Positions 45,501 to 54,366 of a stretch of 59,636 bases of DNA are shown here, piece by piece (position 1 is the first letter of the stretch; every line of letters begins with the position of its first letter). Made by a program: the position numbers and the translations under genes. The notes under the pieces are model-generated. The model ran no database searches and was not told the origin of the DNA. It worked only from the letters and a program-made list of their open reading frames with translations. This DNA is from a virus (Duplodnaviria > Caudoviricetes), in the IMG/VR virus record IMGVR_UViG_3300042567_001401, positions 1-59,636 of that record; one strand, 5' to 3'.

Positions 45501-46255
45501 TGCAAAGAAAAGTAGCGGCAGGTGATCTAGGTATATTTGCAGAGCTTGACATGGTTTATAACCAGGCGAGAATGATTGAGGCAAGTCAGAACAAGACGAA
45601 ATACAAGTGTCTTGGCTCTGGCAATTGTTGTTCAATTGGTTTAACAATTCACATGACAGAGTGTGCCAACATCGCATTTAATATCACCCAGCAATTTTAT
45701 TTGCATTTGGAAAACAAAGGTAAAGATTTTGCGGATGAATGGTTTAATTCGGTAGTTAGTTCTTTAAAGGAGGCAATGTATGATGAAACATGGCAATTCG
45801 GTGGTGAAACTGAAAGGAAATGCGCTTTCTACAAAGGCGGCTGCACTATCTATGGGTTTAGACCTCTGGTGTGCAGAAGTTATGGGGCTTTTGTCGGTGT
45901 TGACGATGTTTGCCCTAGAGAAAGAAATGTTTATGGCAATGTAGAGCATTTCTCTGGAACACCAGTTCAGGATATGGTGCAACAATTCCAAAGCTTGCTA
46001 AGTAGATATTCAAAAGACAAAGACTCAAATTATGATGTTGTTGTTTATATGCCGCTGGGTGTGTTGAGTTTCTTACTTACGCCAGAAGAATTAGAGGAGT
46101 TAGCGGACAAAACAGACGATAGAATGTGGAGGGCTGTTGAAGGTTGGTTCAATTACCGAGTTGAATATACAAAAGTCCACGGCTTGCCTATGCCTAAACT
46201 AAGAGAAGCTGCAGAAGCTGCAGGGAAAAAGATTGCGTTTCAAGTAGAAGAATGA
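45500..46255 (+). CDS. YkgJ/FliB-like CxxCxxCC Cys-cluster (Fe-S/Zn) protein
   Basis: KCLGSGNCC ... CAFYKGGCTIYGFRPLVCRSYG. Confidence 0.8.
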   Translation: MQRKVAAGDLGIFAELDMVYNQARMIEASQNKTKYKCLGSGNCCSIGLTIHMTECANIAFNITQQFYLHLENKGKDFADEWFNSVVSSLKEAMYDETWQFGGETERKCAFYKGGCTIYGFRPLVCRSYGAFVGVDDVCPRERNVYGNVEHFSGTPVQDMVQQFQSLLSRYSKDKDSNYDVVVYMPLGVLSFLLTPEELEELADKTDDRMWRAVEGWFNYRVEYTKVHGLPMPKLREAAEAAGKKIAFQVEE

Positions 46256-47283
46256 TCACTTGGACAGATAATGGTTCGTCAAGAATTGGCGAAGGCTATG
46301 GCGATGCTTCATATCATCTAACAAAGCATATCGGCAAGAGCGGGCTAGATTTTCGTAAGATTGAAAATGAGAGCCCGCAAGAAATTAGCGGGTTCCAGAT
46401 TGGGTATGCAAAAAGAAATGATGTGCACGAAGGTGTAGTAATTAATCACTGCCTGCCAGAGTCTTATGGTAAGTATGGTGATTATAAGATTGGGTTCTCG
46501 TACTGGGAGACTAACCAACTTCCAAGTGGTTGGATAGACGATTTAAATAGAATGGATGAAATCTGGACCACATCTGATTTTATGCGGTCTGTTTTTATAT
46601 GCAGCGGAGTTACAAAACCAGTTTATAATTTTCAATTAGGCGTTGACCCTGAGATATATTTCCCTCGTAAGAGAGTCAGAAAAGGTCCATTCACTTTCTT
46701 AAGTATCGGTTCCCCATCTACGAGAAAAAACTCTCAAATGGCTGTAGACGCATTTATTAAATTGTTTGGCGGGAACGATCAGTATCAAATGATTTATAAA
46801 TCAAAAGGTCCAGCTGATGCGAGATCAGTTATCAACGGGATGAAAGACAAACTAGATCATCCGCAGATTGACATAATTGATTGGGAAGTTAGCGCAGAAG
46901 AGCTTGGTCGTATTTACGATAAAGTAGATTGCGTACTGTATCCTACAAGTGGAGAAGGATGGGGGCTGCTCCCGTTCCAGGGCATAGCAAAGGGTATACC
47001 AACAATATGCACAAACTTTTCTGCCTGTACTGAGTTTGCTCATCTTTCCGTTCCGCTTGATTATTCAATGTCGGATTATAAAATGTCTGGCATATATCAA
47101 GATACAGGGTACTGGGCAAAGCCAGATTTTGACGATTTATGTGATAAAATGTTGTATACAGTAAACAATTACGAAGAAATTTCTAACCGCACATATATGT
47201 CGGCATTATATATAAATGAAAATATGACATGGGAAAAAGTGTCGGAGAGGTATATAGATAGATTATGTCAGATATTGAAATAG
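46252..47283 (+). CDS. glycosyltransferase family 4 (GT-B)
   Basis: WET, MDEIWTTS, LGVD, RKN, YPTSGEGWGLLPFQGIAKGIPTI. Confidence 0.88.
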   Translation: MITWTDNGSSRIGEGYGDASYHLTKHIGKSGLDFRKIENESPQEISGFQIGYAKRNDVHEGVVINHCLPESYGKYGDYKIGFSYWETNQLPSGWIDDLNRMDEIWTTSDFMRSVFICSGVTKPVYNFQLGVDPEIYFPRKRVRKGPFTFLSIGSPSTRKNSQMAVDAFIKLFGGNDQYQMIYKSKGPADARSVINGMKDKLDHPQIDIIDWEVSAEELGRIYDKVDCVLYPTSGEGWGLLPFQGIAKGIPTICTNFSACTEFAHLSVPLDYSMSDYKMSGIYQDTGYWAKPDFDDLCDKMLYTVNNYEEISNRTYMSALYINENMTWEKVSERYIDRLCQILK

Positions 47284-47837
47284 TTAAAACAAAAAGTTTG
47301 ATTGAAAAAATTAAAGATGTTGAACAAGTTGGAATTTTGCATGTAAAAGGTTACTCAATGCGGGAAATTTCCACCTTGATGTCAATTCCAATTAATGAAA
47401 TAAAAGAATATATTGAAGAATATAAATTAATTTTAAATCAAACAATTGAAGAAGACCCATTCTTCCTTGAAAAAGTTCAGTTTAACACTATCAAAGCTTT
47501 AACCGAATTTGATGAGTTGAGCAAGGAAGCCTGGGAAACCATCAATATTGCTACCGACAATGGCATGGTTGCTGCCAGAATTCAAGCAATTAAGCTGGCA
47601 GGCGAGCTAGCTACCAAGAAAGCTCAATTGCATAAATTGATGGGCGGGAATCAAACTGACGGTGAGTATATTGCTAGAATGCAGAAAGCAGAGAATGTTA
47701 ACCAGATTCTTTCTAAGATCCTCAGAGATGTTATTTCCAAGTATCCAGAGATTGCGGAAGAGGTTAGGAAAGAACTAGAAATTGCATTTGAGATAATGAC
47801 TGGTAAACCAGTCAACCTTAAAGAAGAGAGCTCATAA
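47265..47837 (+). CDS. terminase small subunit (putative)
   Basis: N-terminal HTH (KGYSMREISTLMSIPINEIKEYI) and helical region; directly upstream of terL. Confidence 0.65.
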   Translation: MSDIEIVKTKSLIEKIKDVEQVGILHVKGYSMREISTLMSIPINEIKEYIEEYKLILNQTIEEDPFFLEKVQFNTIKALTEFDELSKEAWETINIATDNGMVAARIQAIKLAGELATKKAQLHKLMGGNQTDGEYIARMQKAENVNQILSKILRDVISKYPEIAEEVRKELEIAFEIMTGKPVNLKEESS

Positions 47838-47912
47838 TTTGAGAACGCTATTTTTGCCATTTAGGGGCTATTTTGCTCATAATTTGAGAACGCTATTTCC
47901 GCCATTTAGGGG
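47830..47912 (+). repeat. two 38-bp direct repeats (45-bp period)
   Basis: gctcataatttgagaacgctattt(tt/cc)gccatttagggg at 47830-47867 and 47875-47912. Confidence 0.95.
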
Positions 47913-47922
47913 GGTTTGAAAA

Positions 47923-49662
47923 ATGTCTGACTTCCTCGGTGTCAACCTTGAATTTAACGACTTTGATCGTTTATTAAGACAAGATGAACTTATGGAACAA
48001 CCTGTCTCTATTGAAACTTTCGTTCAAGATAAACATTATTTAGGTTTACCTCCTCTATCTGAAATTCAGCTTGAGATCGTAAAGCATAGCACACAAATTT
48101 TCAAATTACCTACTTTGCAAAAACTTTATGGAGAAGAAGCTGGGTTGGAATATTATAAGAAGTATACAGACAATGAAGTGATTTGCATGCTTGGTAAAGG
48201 ATCAGGTAAAGACCATTGTGCAAGAATTTCTATGGCTTATACAGTTTATTTGCTGCATTGTTTGAGAGACCCATTGGGCTACTATGGTAAAGCTCATGGT
48301 GTTTATATAGACCTTTTAAACCTGGCTGTGAACGCACAACAAGCTCAAAGAGTATTCTTTGAACCATTAAAAAACTTATTGCTGTCATCTCCTTTCTTTA
48401 ATAATGTTGGATTTGAACCTAGAGTATCAGAAATATTTTTCTTTTCTCGCCCAGTTAGATTATTCTCTGGTCACTCCGAATCAGAAGGTTGGGAAGGTTA
48501 TGAAGTACTAACAGTTATTCTAGACGAAATTTCAGCATTTAAAACAGATAGTGAACTAAAAGGTGAAATTAGATCAAAAGGTTCAGCCTCTGCGATTTAT
48601 AACATGAGTAAATTATCCGTCATGTCTCGCTTTCCAGAAATAGGTAAAGTTATTCTTTTGTCGTTCCCTCGTTACAAAGGTGATTTCATTCAGCAAAGAT
48701 ATTTTAATTCTAGAGAAAAGAATGAACCAAAAACATGGTCTATCAAGGCTGCGACATGGGAAGTCAACCCTACAATTAAAAGAGAACAATTAGAATCGGA
48801 ATATATTAGAAATCCAATTGAAGCTGCTTCTCGTTTTGAATGTGAACCTCCAACAATGGAAGACGCATATTTTAGAGATGAAGAAAAAGTTAGAAAAGCT
48901 TTTATGTACGGGGATGACCCAGTTGATCCAGACGGTAGATTTCATAGATGGTTTAATAATACAGATGGGCATAGAAGGTATATACATATAGACCTTGGAC
49001 ATAAGAGAGACAGAACTGCGTTGTGTATGTCTCACTGTACTGGTTTTAAAGAAATAATTACATCTATGGGCACTGAGCATTTACCAATTATTAATGTTGA
49101 TTTGGTCCATTCATGGAAGGCTGCCCCAGGTGAAGAAATTAACTTTGCTTCAGTTAGGCAGATGATCGTTGATTTATGTAAAAGGTTTGATGTAGCTAAA
49201 GTTACATTTGACAGATGGCAGTCAATTGAAATGATTCAAAGCTTGAGATCGCAAGGTATTAATGCAGACTTTCACTCTGTTAAAAAAACAGATTATGATA
49301 CATTGATGACTTCAATTTATGATACAAGATTAAGAGGATATTGGAATCATATTCTTGTTGAAGAAGAGTTATTAAAGTTAAGATTGTTTTCTAATAATAA
49401 AATTGATCACCCCAATGCTGGGTCTAAAGACCTAGCAGACGCTTTGGCTGGGTCTGTATTCAACGCCATTGAGAATATGGCAATGGAGACTGAAGTTGAA
49501 ATAGAAATCCTAGGTCTAGATATGGATGTAGAAAAATATGATGATATAGAGGATTTTGGTACTGTGAGAAGGTATGATCATAATTTGGGAGGCTTTGTGC
49601 CTGAATATCTACAATCTAATATACAAACAGAGGAGGTGGGATCATGGATGGAAAGTCTGTAG
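47923..49662 (+). CDS. terL: terminase large subunit
   Basis: GKGSGKD Walker A, VILDE Walker B, LLSFP coupling motif, HIDLG, TFDRWQS and KDLADA nuclease motifs. Confidence 0.92.
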   Translation: MSDFLGVNLEFNDFDRLLRQDELMEQPVSIETFVQDKHYLGLPPLSEIQLEIVKHSTQIFKLPTLQKLYGEEAGLEYYKKYTDNEVICMLGKGSGKDHCARISMAYTVYLLHCLRDPLGYYGKAHGVYIDLLNLAVNAQQAQRVFFEPLKNLLLSSPFFNNVGFEPRVSEIFFFSRPVRLFSGHSESEGWEGYEVLTVILDEISAFKTDSELKGEIRSKGSASAIYNMSKLSVMSRFPEIGKVILLSFPRYKGDFIQQRYFNSREKNEPKTWSIKAATWEVNPTIKREQLESEYIRNPIEAASRFECEPPTMEDAYFRDEEKVRKAFMYGDDPVDPDGRFHRWFNNTDGHRRYIHIDLGHKRDRTALCMSHCTGFKEIITSMGTEHLPIINVDLVHSWKAAPGEEINFASVRQMIVDLCKRFDVAKVTFDRWQSIEMIQSLRSQGINADFHSVKKTDYDTLMTSIYDTRLRGYWNHILVEEELLKLRLFSNNKIDHPNAGSKDLADALAGSVFNAIENMAMETEVEIEILGLDMDVEKYDDIEDFGTVRRYDHNLGGFVPEYLQSNIQTEEVGSWMESL

Positions 49663-49784
49663 AAAATGTTAATGAAATTGATATTAACGATGTTGTTAAA
49701 GCCCTGGCAGATAAGGTAGCTGAATTAACAGTGCAGAACGCAGTACTTACTGCACAGCTAAAAAAAGCACTGACCGCTTGGTAG
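49644..49784 (+). CDS. small coiled-coil hypothetical protein (46 aa)
   Basis: GGAGG RBS; MDGKSVENVNEIDINDVVKALADKVAELTVQNAVLTAQLKKALTAW. Confidence 0.6.
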   Translation: MDGKSVENVNEIDINDVVKALADKVAELTVQNAVLTAQLKKALTAW

Positions 49785-49894
49785 GAAAGAAATTTTAGAA
49801 AAAACTGACAAATACGCACTAAGGCGTAAAAGTGATGCTACATTGTCTATCAAGCCAAAAGGCTACTTAACAAAACCAAACATCGGAGAATAAG

Positions 49895-50242
49895 ATGGAA
49901 ATTAAGCAAGCAGATAAATTCCCAGTAATTTCACGCACTGGTCGTACATCGGCAGAGTTGCAAATGATTATTGACACTCTTGTAATGTCAGGCAAAACAG
50001 GATCGCCTTTCTCAATTACAAACATTGAAGCTGGTAAGAAGTATAATTCAATGCAACAGAGAATTCGTGCCCAGGCGAAGAAATTGGGATTGGATGTAGA
50101 AATTCATTTTGATAAGGCAAACTCAACTCTTTACTTTAGAGTTCCAGTATCGTCAGAAATTGAGAACGCCAAATCGCTGAATACGAATACGGTAAAGGCA
50201 AAAGACATTAAGAATGTCAGATCATCTGTAAAAACTAAGTAA
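49895..50242 (+). CDS. basic hypothetical protein, possibly DNA-binding
   Basis: GGAG RBS; -10-like TGCTACATT upstream and a terminator downstream; basic. Confidence 0.6.
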   Translation: MEIKQADKFPVISRTGRTSAELQMIIDTLVMSGKTGSPFSITNIEAGKKYNSMQQRIRAQAKKLGLDVEIHFDKANSTLYFRVPVSSEIENAKSLNTNTVKAKDIKNVRSSVKTK

Positions 50243-50260
50243 TAAAAAATAATTAAGAAA

Positions 50261-50293
50261 AGAGGGCTGGGAGCAATCTCAGCCCTTTTTTTT
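50261..50293 (+). terminator. intrinsic terminator
   Basis: agggctggga-GCAA-tctcagccct followed by a T run. Confidence 0.88.
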
Positions 50294-50308
50294 ATGTATA
50301 CTATTGCT

Positions 50309-51133
50309 ATGGGACTTTTTGAAACACAAACTATAGAAATTGATAATGAACAGATCCAAAGCTGGAATGTGCTTTTTGCAATTCCTTGCTATGATCAACA
50401 AATTAGCGAACCAACAATGATGTCTCTTATTAAGACATTGATGTATTTTAGAGATCATAATATCAGATTTGCTGTTGCGACTATTACAGATTCATTAATT
50501 AATAGAGCAAGAAACAGTATGACTGCAAAATTTATGGCACAAGAGCAGCTAACACATCTTATGTGTATTGATGCTGATATTTCTTGGGAACCAGAAGATA
50601 TTATCAAAATGCTTTGGCACGAGAAAGAAATTATGACTGGTGCATACCCGATTAAATCTATTAATTGGGAAAGTGTTGAGCAAAATGTAAAAGCAGGAGT
50701 ACCTGTAGATGAGTTGCTTGGTAATAGTTTAAGATTTGTTGTTAATCCAGTTAAAGATAAAGAGAACCAAACATTAAGCGTTAGCAACGGCGCTGTAGAA
50801 ATTTTTGATGCTGGAACTGGATTTATGCTTATTAAGAGAGAAGTATTTACTAAATTGATTGAAGCTTACCCTCATCTAAAATATAATGACGATACTGGTT
50901 CTTTAAATGATGAAGAAAGAAATTGGACATATGCGTTCTTTAATTCTTACATTGATCCACATCTAAATAGATTCTTGTCTGAGGATTATGGGTTCTGCAG
51001 ATATTGGCAAGACATTGGTGGCAAAGTTTGGGTTGATCCAGCTATTAAAATGGGTCATCTAGGTCGTATGAGATATGAAGGAACTATGATGTCATTCCTA
51101 GAAAAGAATGCAAAGTTTGTTACTAATCCCTAA
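50309..51133 (+). CDS. GT-A fold glycosyltransferase-like protein
   Basis: FAIPCY, SLINRARN, LMCIDADISW (DxD), GTGFMLIKREVF, LSEDYGFC..W...GGKVWVD; TATACT 6 nt before ATG 50309. Confidence 0.8.
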   Translation: MGLFETQTIEIDNEQIQSWNVLFAIPCYDQQISEPTMMSLIKTLMYFRDHNIRFAVATITDSLINRARNSMTAKFMAQEQLTHLMCIDADISWEPEDIIKMLWHEKEIMTGAYPIKSINWESVEQNVKAGVPVDELLGNSLRFVVNPVKDKENQTLSVSNGAVEIFDAGTGFMLIKREVFTKLIEAYPHLKYNDDTGSLNDEERNWTYAFFNSYIDPHLNRFLSEDYGFCRYWQDIGGKVWVDPAIKMGHLGRMRYEGTMMSFLEKNAKFVTNP

Positions 51134-51599
51134 ATTGCATTAGGAAATTGAAAAAAATATTAAAAGCTCATACCTTGTAAAAATATATACTCAATTCCAT
51201 AGAAAAAAGCAAAATAAAGCGGGTGGTTCATATGTTGAAGTTTTTAACATATGACGAGAATGTGTTACGGACATATACTCAAGTTTTTACTTTATTCACT
51301 TCATACCCGTTCCCGCAATAAAGTTTTTTTTATAACTTTTAACACAGGCTTTGTGCTGCCCTTAAACATACGCTAAGATAAAGCCTTTATCTTATGCCGA
51401 TCAATCGCACCACTAATCGGACCATTAATCCCACGATCAAATAACGCAGCTTATCTCCGCAATAAAATCCATCAAATAAACTTTTAATTAAATGACTGGA
51501 CTTACTAATTGCGCTATGATAGGATATGTCAATGCTTATATCAGAGATTGTACAGGGAATAGTAAAAAATATATTAAAAAATATAAGAAAGGGATTAGT
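51134..51599. other. non-coding control region (candidate genome end/origin and early promoter)
   Basis: No credible ORF; inverted repeat 51228-51254, direct repeats, 12-bp periodic units 51397-51456, ATGACT-17-TATGAT promoter-like site near 51492-51520. Confidence 0.55.
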
Positions 51600-51980
51600 G
51601 TGACAAAAGTATATTCTATGACGCATGATATGATACAACATAACGCACAAGATATTGTGGAATATAGCGATAAAGAAAAGGAATTGCTCGGCACAGAAAT
51701 AGTTGCTGGTAAAGTAAATTACGGCTTTATTGTTAGTTTCAAATATACTTATACTGGTTATGAAACAATTACAAGTGCTATTACTGATAAAGATTACGAG
51801 TTTGATATGGCACAATTATTGTCATTTATCAGACAAATAGAATTGCGTAATGCAAATATTGCTATTGTTTATCCTGATGGTTCAGATTATTCTAAACGCA
51901 AATTTGGTTCGCAAAGAAAAGCAAGAACTTCTGCTATTACTGGTAATTCACAAATACACCCATCTCATTATCTAAAATAA
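51600..51980 (+). CDS. hypothetical early protein
   Basis: GAAAGGG RBS before GTG 51600 (in frame with the track ORF at 51492). Confidence 0.6.
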   Translation: MTKVYSMTHDMIQHNAQDIVEYSDKEKELLGTEIVAGKVNYGFIVSFKYTYTGYETITSAITDKDYEFDMAQLLSFIRQIELRNANIAIVYPDGSDYSKRKFGSQRKARTSAITGNSQIHPSHYLK

Positions 51981-51995
51981 GAAAGGCTTATAAAA

Positions 51996-52502
51996 ATGAA
52001 ACGAGTAAATCTTAAAGATATACAATCTAAGATTGTATCTAATGTTGACATAGACATTGTTAGTCATATTCCAATAGCACCTCGTGCTAATTGTAAGAAA
52101 GTAAATCTTAATAGCATAAATAATCTTAGTCGTGCTTGGAAAAAACAAGAAATTGTTCAAACATCATTTGATGTTATTCTTGATACATATGATTCAATTG
52201 AAGAAATTGAACATATGAAGTCATTGCTAAAGATAAAAGCAATTCGCAATAATCGTACTGGTAAAGTATTTGATTTAGCCGAAGAGCGTTTATTTATGCG
52301 TCTAAAAAAGATAGAGCAAGTAAAAGTAGTTGTTCATATTCTTGAATCAGATATTGATGTTGTTATTGCTGGTTATGAAGAAAAAGCAATTGACAGCAAC
52401 ATTGATCAGCTTAAAAAACTAATTGCTAAATTAGAAATTGAGCATAAGAAAAAGCAAGCATTAGTAAATGATAATGTACGCCGTATGGCACGAAGTATCT
52501 AA
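51996..52502 (+). CDS. hypothetical protein with a C-terminal coiled coil
   Basis: GAAAGG RBS; 168 aa. Confidence 0.65.
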   Translation: MKRVNLKDIQSKIVSNVDIDIVSHIPIAPRANCKKVNLNSINNLSRAWKKQEIVQTSFDVILDTYDSIEEIEHMKSLLKIKAIRNNRTGKVFDLAEERLFMRLKKIEQVKVVVHILESDIDVVIAGYEEKAIDSNIDQLKKLIAKLEIEHKKKQALVNDNVRRMARSI

Positions 52503-52522
52503 TAAGAAAAGGAATTGTAATA

Positions 52523-52702
52523 ATGGAACATAGAAATCAATTATTAAATGAACTAGAAAATCTAACTACTGTTATGAATATTCCAATTGGTAGAAGAAAA
52601 GATTATCATTGGATTATGCGTAATGGTGCAATTCTAAATGAAAACAATCGTAATTTAGATAAAGTAATTAAAATTTGTAAAATACTAGTAAAAGGTGAAT
52701 AA
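52523..52702 (+). CDS. hypothetical protein (59 aa, not in the track)
   Basis: GAAAAGGA RBS; MEHRNQLLNELENLTTVMNIPIGRRKDYHWIMRN... Confidence 0.6.
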   Translation: MEHRNQLLNELENLTTVMNIPIGRRKDYHWIMRNGAILNENNRNLDKVIKICKILVKGE

Positions 52703-52704
52703 CA

Positions 52705-53145
52705 ATGAAAACTCATTCTGATATTACAAAAGATGGTAATTATAAATATCTTACTCCAGCTTCTAATTTAGAAGTTGGAGATGTAATTAATTGGATAGGT
52801 ATTTATGATGCTGGTACTGAAGTTCATGTTGATCCAATTAATTTATTAAAATATAATCGTCATATTCCTTTTAAGGTTGTTGATATTGATTACAATCCAA
52901 ATAAGCCAGACGATATTATATTTGAATTTGATAAAGTATTGTTTCCAACTGGTTCAAAAGTTATCACAATAAATAAGGATAGGTTCGCAGGAACTGATAT
53001 TCATAATACAAAAGTAAATGGTGAATCATTGTTTGATATTCAGAAAAAACAAGATTACTTCAATTGGTCAGTAGATAACGACAAAATTAATTTAGAAGAA
53101 TATACTGAAGAATGGTATAAGAATTACTACAACGAGAAAAGGTAA
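52705..53145 (+). CDS. hypothetical protein
   Basis: AAGGTG RBS; PASNLEVGDVI SH3-like start. Confidence 0.6.
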   Translation: MKTHSDITKDGNYKYLTPASNLEVGDVINWIGIYDAGTEVHVDPINLLKYNRHIPFKVVDIDYNPNKPDDIIFEFDKVLFPTGSKVITINKDRFAGTDIHNTKVNGESLFDIQKKQDYFNWSVDNDKINLEEYTEEWYKNYYNEKR

Positions 53146-53149
53146 ACTT

Positions 53150-53368
53150 ATGACAAAGTGGAATATGATTGATACAAAAGAAAATGGTAAAGTTGCTATT
53201 GAAAGCTTGAGTAATATTGAGTTGGCAAAAGAATTTGATCAACGAACAAGTGTTCTTATGGACATTGTTGAATCAAATAGCAAAACAATTATTAATCTTC
53301 AATCTCAAATTTTTGAATTACAAGATCAAGTAGAAAGAATGATAAATGGCTCAATGCATATATTGTGA
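53150..53368 (+). CDS. hypothetical coiled-coil protein
   Basis: GAAAAGG RBS. Confidence 0.6.
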   Translation: MTKWNMIDTKENGKVAIESLSNIELAKEFDQRTSVLMDIVESNSKTIINLQSQIFELQDQVERMINGSMHIL

Positions 53369-53576
53369 ATCAGAATTTATTGACGAAAGATTTGAAGCAG
53401 GTTATGAATATTGCTTATCTGATAGTTGTCAAAAAATTGGACTAGATGTTTCAGAGAGAGCATTTAGGAAAATATATACCCCAGCATTATTGCACAAAAG
53501 TAATTACTTCTGGGTGAAGAAAACAGAGTTGAAATCATTAAATGTAAGAGCAGACCTATTAGAACAAATTGATTGA
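53346..53576 (+). CDS. zinc-finger protein (C4-like)
   Basis: CIYC...ERFEAGYEYC...C; HKSNY. Confidence 0.65.
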   Translation: MAQCIYCESEFIDERFEAGYEYCLSDSCQKIGLDVSERAFRKIYTPALLHKSNYFWVKKTELKSLNVRADLLEQID

Positions 53577-53587
53577 AAGGGGTAGTT

Positions 53588-53704
53588 ATGGAAAACTACA
53601 AAGATATTAGCAATTATGAGCGTGAAGCAATTTATGATTGGGAATTAGATATTGATGAAAATCCAAGCTGGAAAATATGGGAAATGGAGTTGAAATTCAA
53701 ATGA
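53588..53704 (+). CDS. tiny acidic hypothetical protein (38 aa)
   Basis: GAAAGGGG RBS; ATGA overlap with the next gene. Confidence 0.5.
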   Translation: MENYKDISNYEREAIYDWELDIDENPSWKIWEMELKFK

Positions 53705-54072
53705 ACATTTTAAAAGAATTTAAGAATTCAGAAGAGGGTCAAATTTTTATTCACCTTGAGCGTCTTTGGCTCATTGAGAATGATAAAGCCAATAATGGGT
53801 TTACTCCTCGCCCAGTTCCTAATAAGTTTTTCAAATATGTCTTTATTGGTAAAGTTAAAGAATATCTTGAAACAGATTATAATATTACAAGGTATGTTGA
53901 TAGCAATCAAGCAACTTTGAATTTTATATCTAAATACGAATTTGCAGTTCAAATAACATATCCATACATGGGTAGTGATGATAGCAAACTTGGAAAAGAA
54001 GTTATTTCTTTATGGCTAGTAAAGAATGATCAAGAAGTAATCCATTACCAAAGGATTTGGGAAGAGATTTAA
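53701..54072 (+). CDS. hypothetical protein
   Basis: Likely start ATG 53701, coupled to the upstream ORF. Confidence 0.6.
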   Translation: MNILKEFKNSEEGQIFIHLERLWLIENDKANNGFTPRPVPNKFFKYVFIGKVKEYLETDYNITRYVDSNQATLNFISKYEFAVQITYPYMGSDDSKLGKEVISLWLVKNDQEVIHYQRIWEEI

Positions 54073-54073
54073 T

Positions 54074-54223
54074 ATGGATGAAGATTGGTTTACTTCATTA
54101 GATGAAGCTTCAAAAAATGTTGTACGCAATACAATTGATAATTTAAGAAATAATGTTATTGAAGCAGAAGTTCAATTATTAAAATTAGAAATAATGATCT
54201 ATGAAATGGGGCAAAAAAAATGA
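54074..54223 (+). CDS. hypothetical protein (49 aa)
   Basis: Fills the gap; ATGA overlap with the next gene. Confidence 0.5.
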   Translation: MDEDWFTSLDEASKNVVRNTIDNLRNNVIEAEVQLLKLEIMIYEMGQKK

Positions 54224-54366
54224 GCAAAGTAAAAGTATTGAAATGGGTAAAGCAAATAGCTGAACCTCAGTATTACTGGACTGAAAAAACAGGCTGGACT
54301 CAAAAAGATATGCCTGATGAATATTGGAAAATAGAAGAAATTGGGGAGATTGAAGAAAATGATTGA
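54220..54366 (+). CDS. hypothetical Trp-rich protein (48 aa)
   Basis: MSKVKVLKWVKQIAEPQYYWTEKTGWTQKDMPDEYWKIEEIGEIEEND; overlaps both neighbours. Confidence 0.5.
   Translation: MSKVKVLKWVKQIAEPQYYWTEKTGWTQKDMPDEYWKIEEIGEIEEND

Noticed and set aside
47830-47912. Possible mini-CRISPR array, given the Cas4-like gene nearby
   Set aside because: Only two repeats separated by 7 nt, too short for a spacer. The Cas4-like gene is a stand-alone phage exonuclease and no cas1/cas2 is present.
35706-49662. Inteins or introns in dnaE, recA or terL
   Set aside because: Lengths and motif spacing are normal, and no intein splice-junction motifs or LAGLIDADG inserts were recognised.
51134-51599. tRNA or other known structured ncRNA in the large intergenic region
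   Set aside because: No cloverleaf or T-loop (GTTCRA) with matching stems was recognised. A covariance-model search would be needed to exclude other RNAs.
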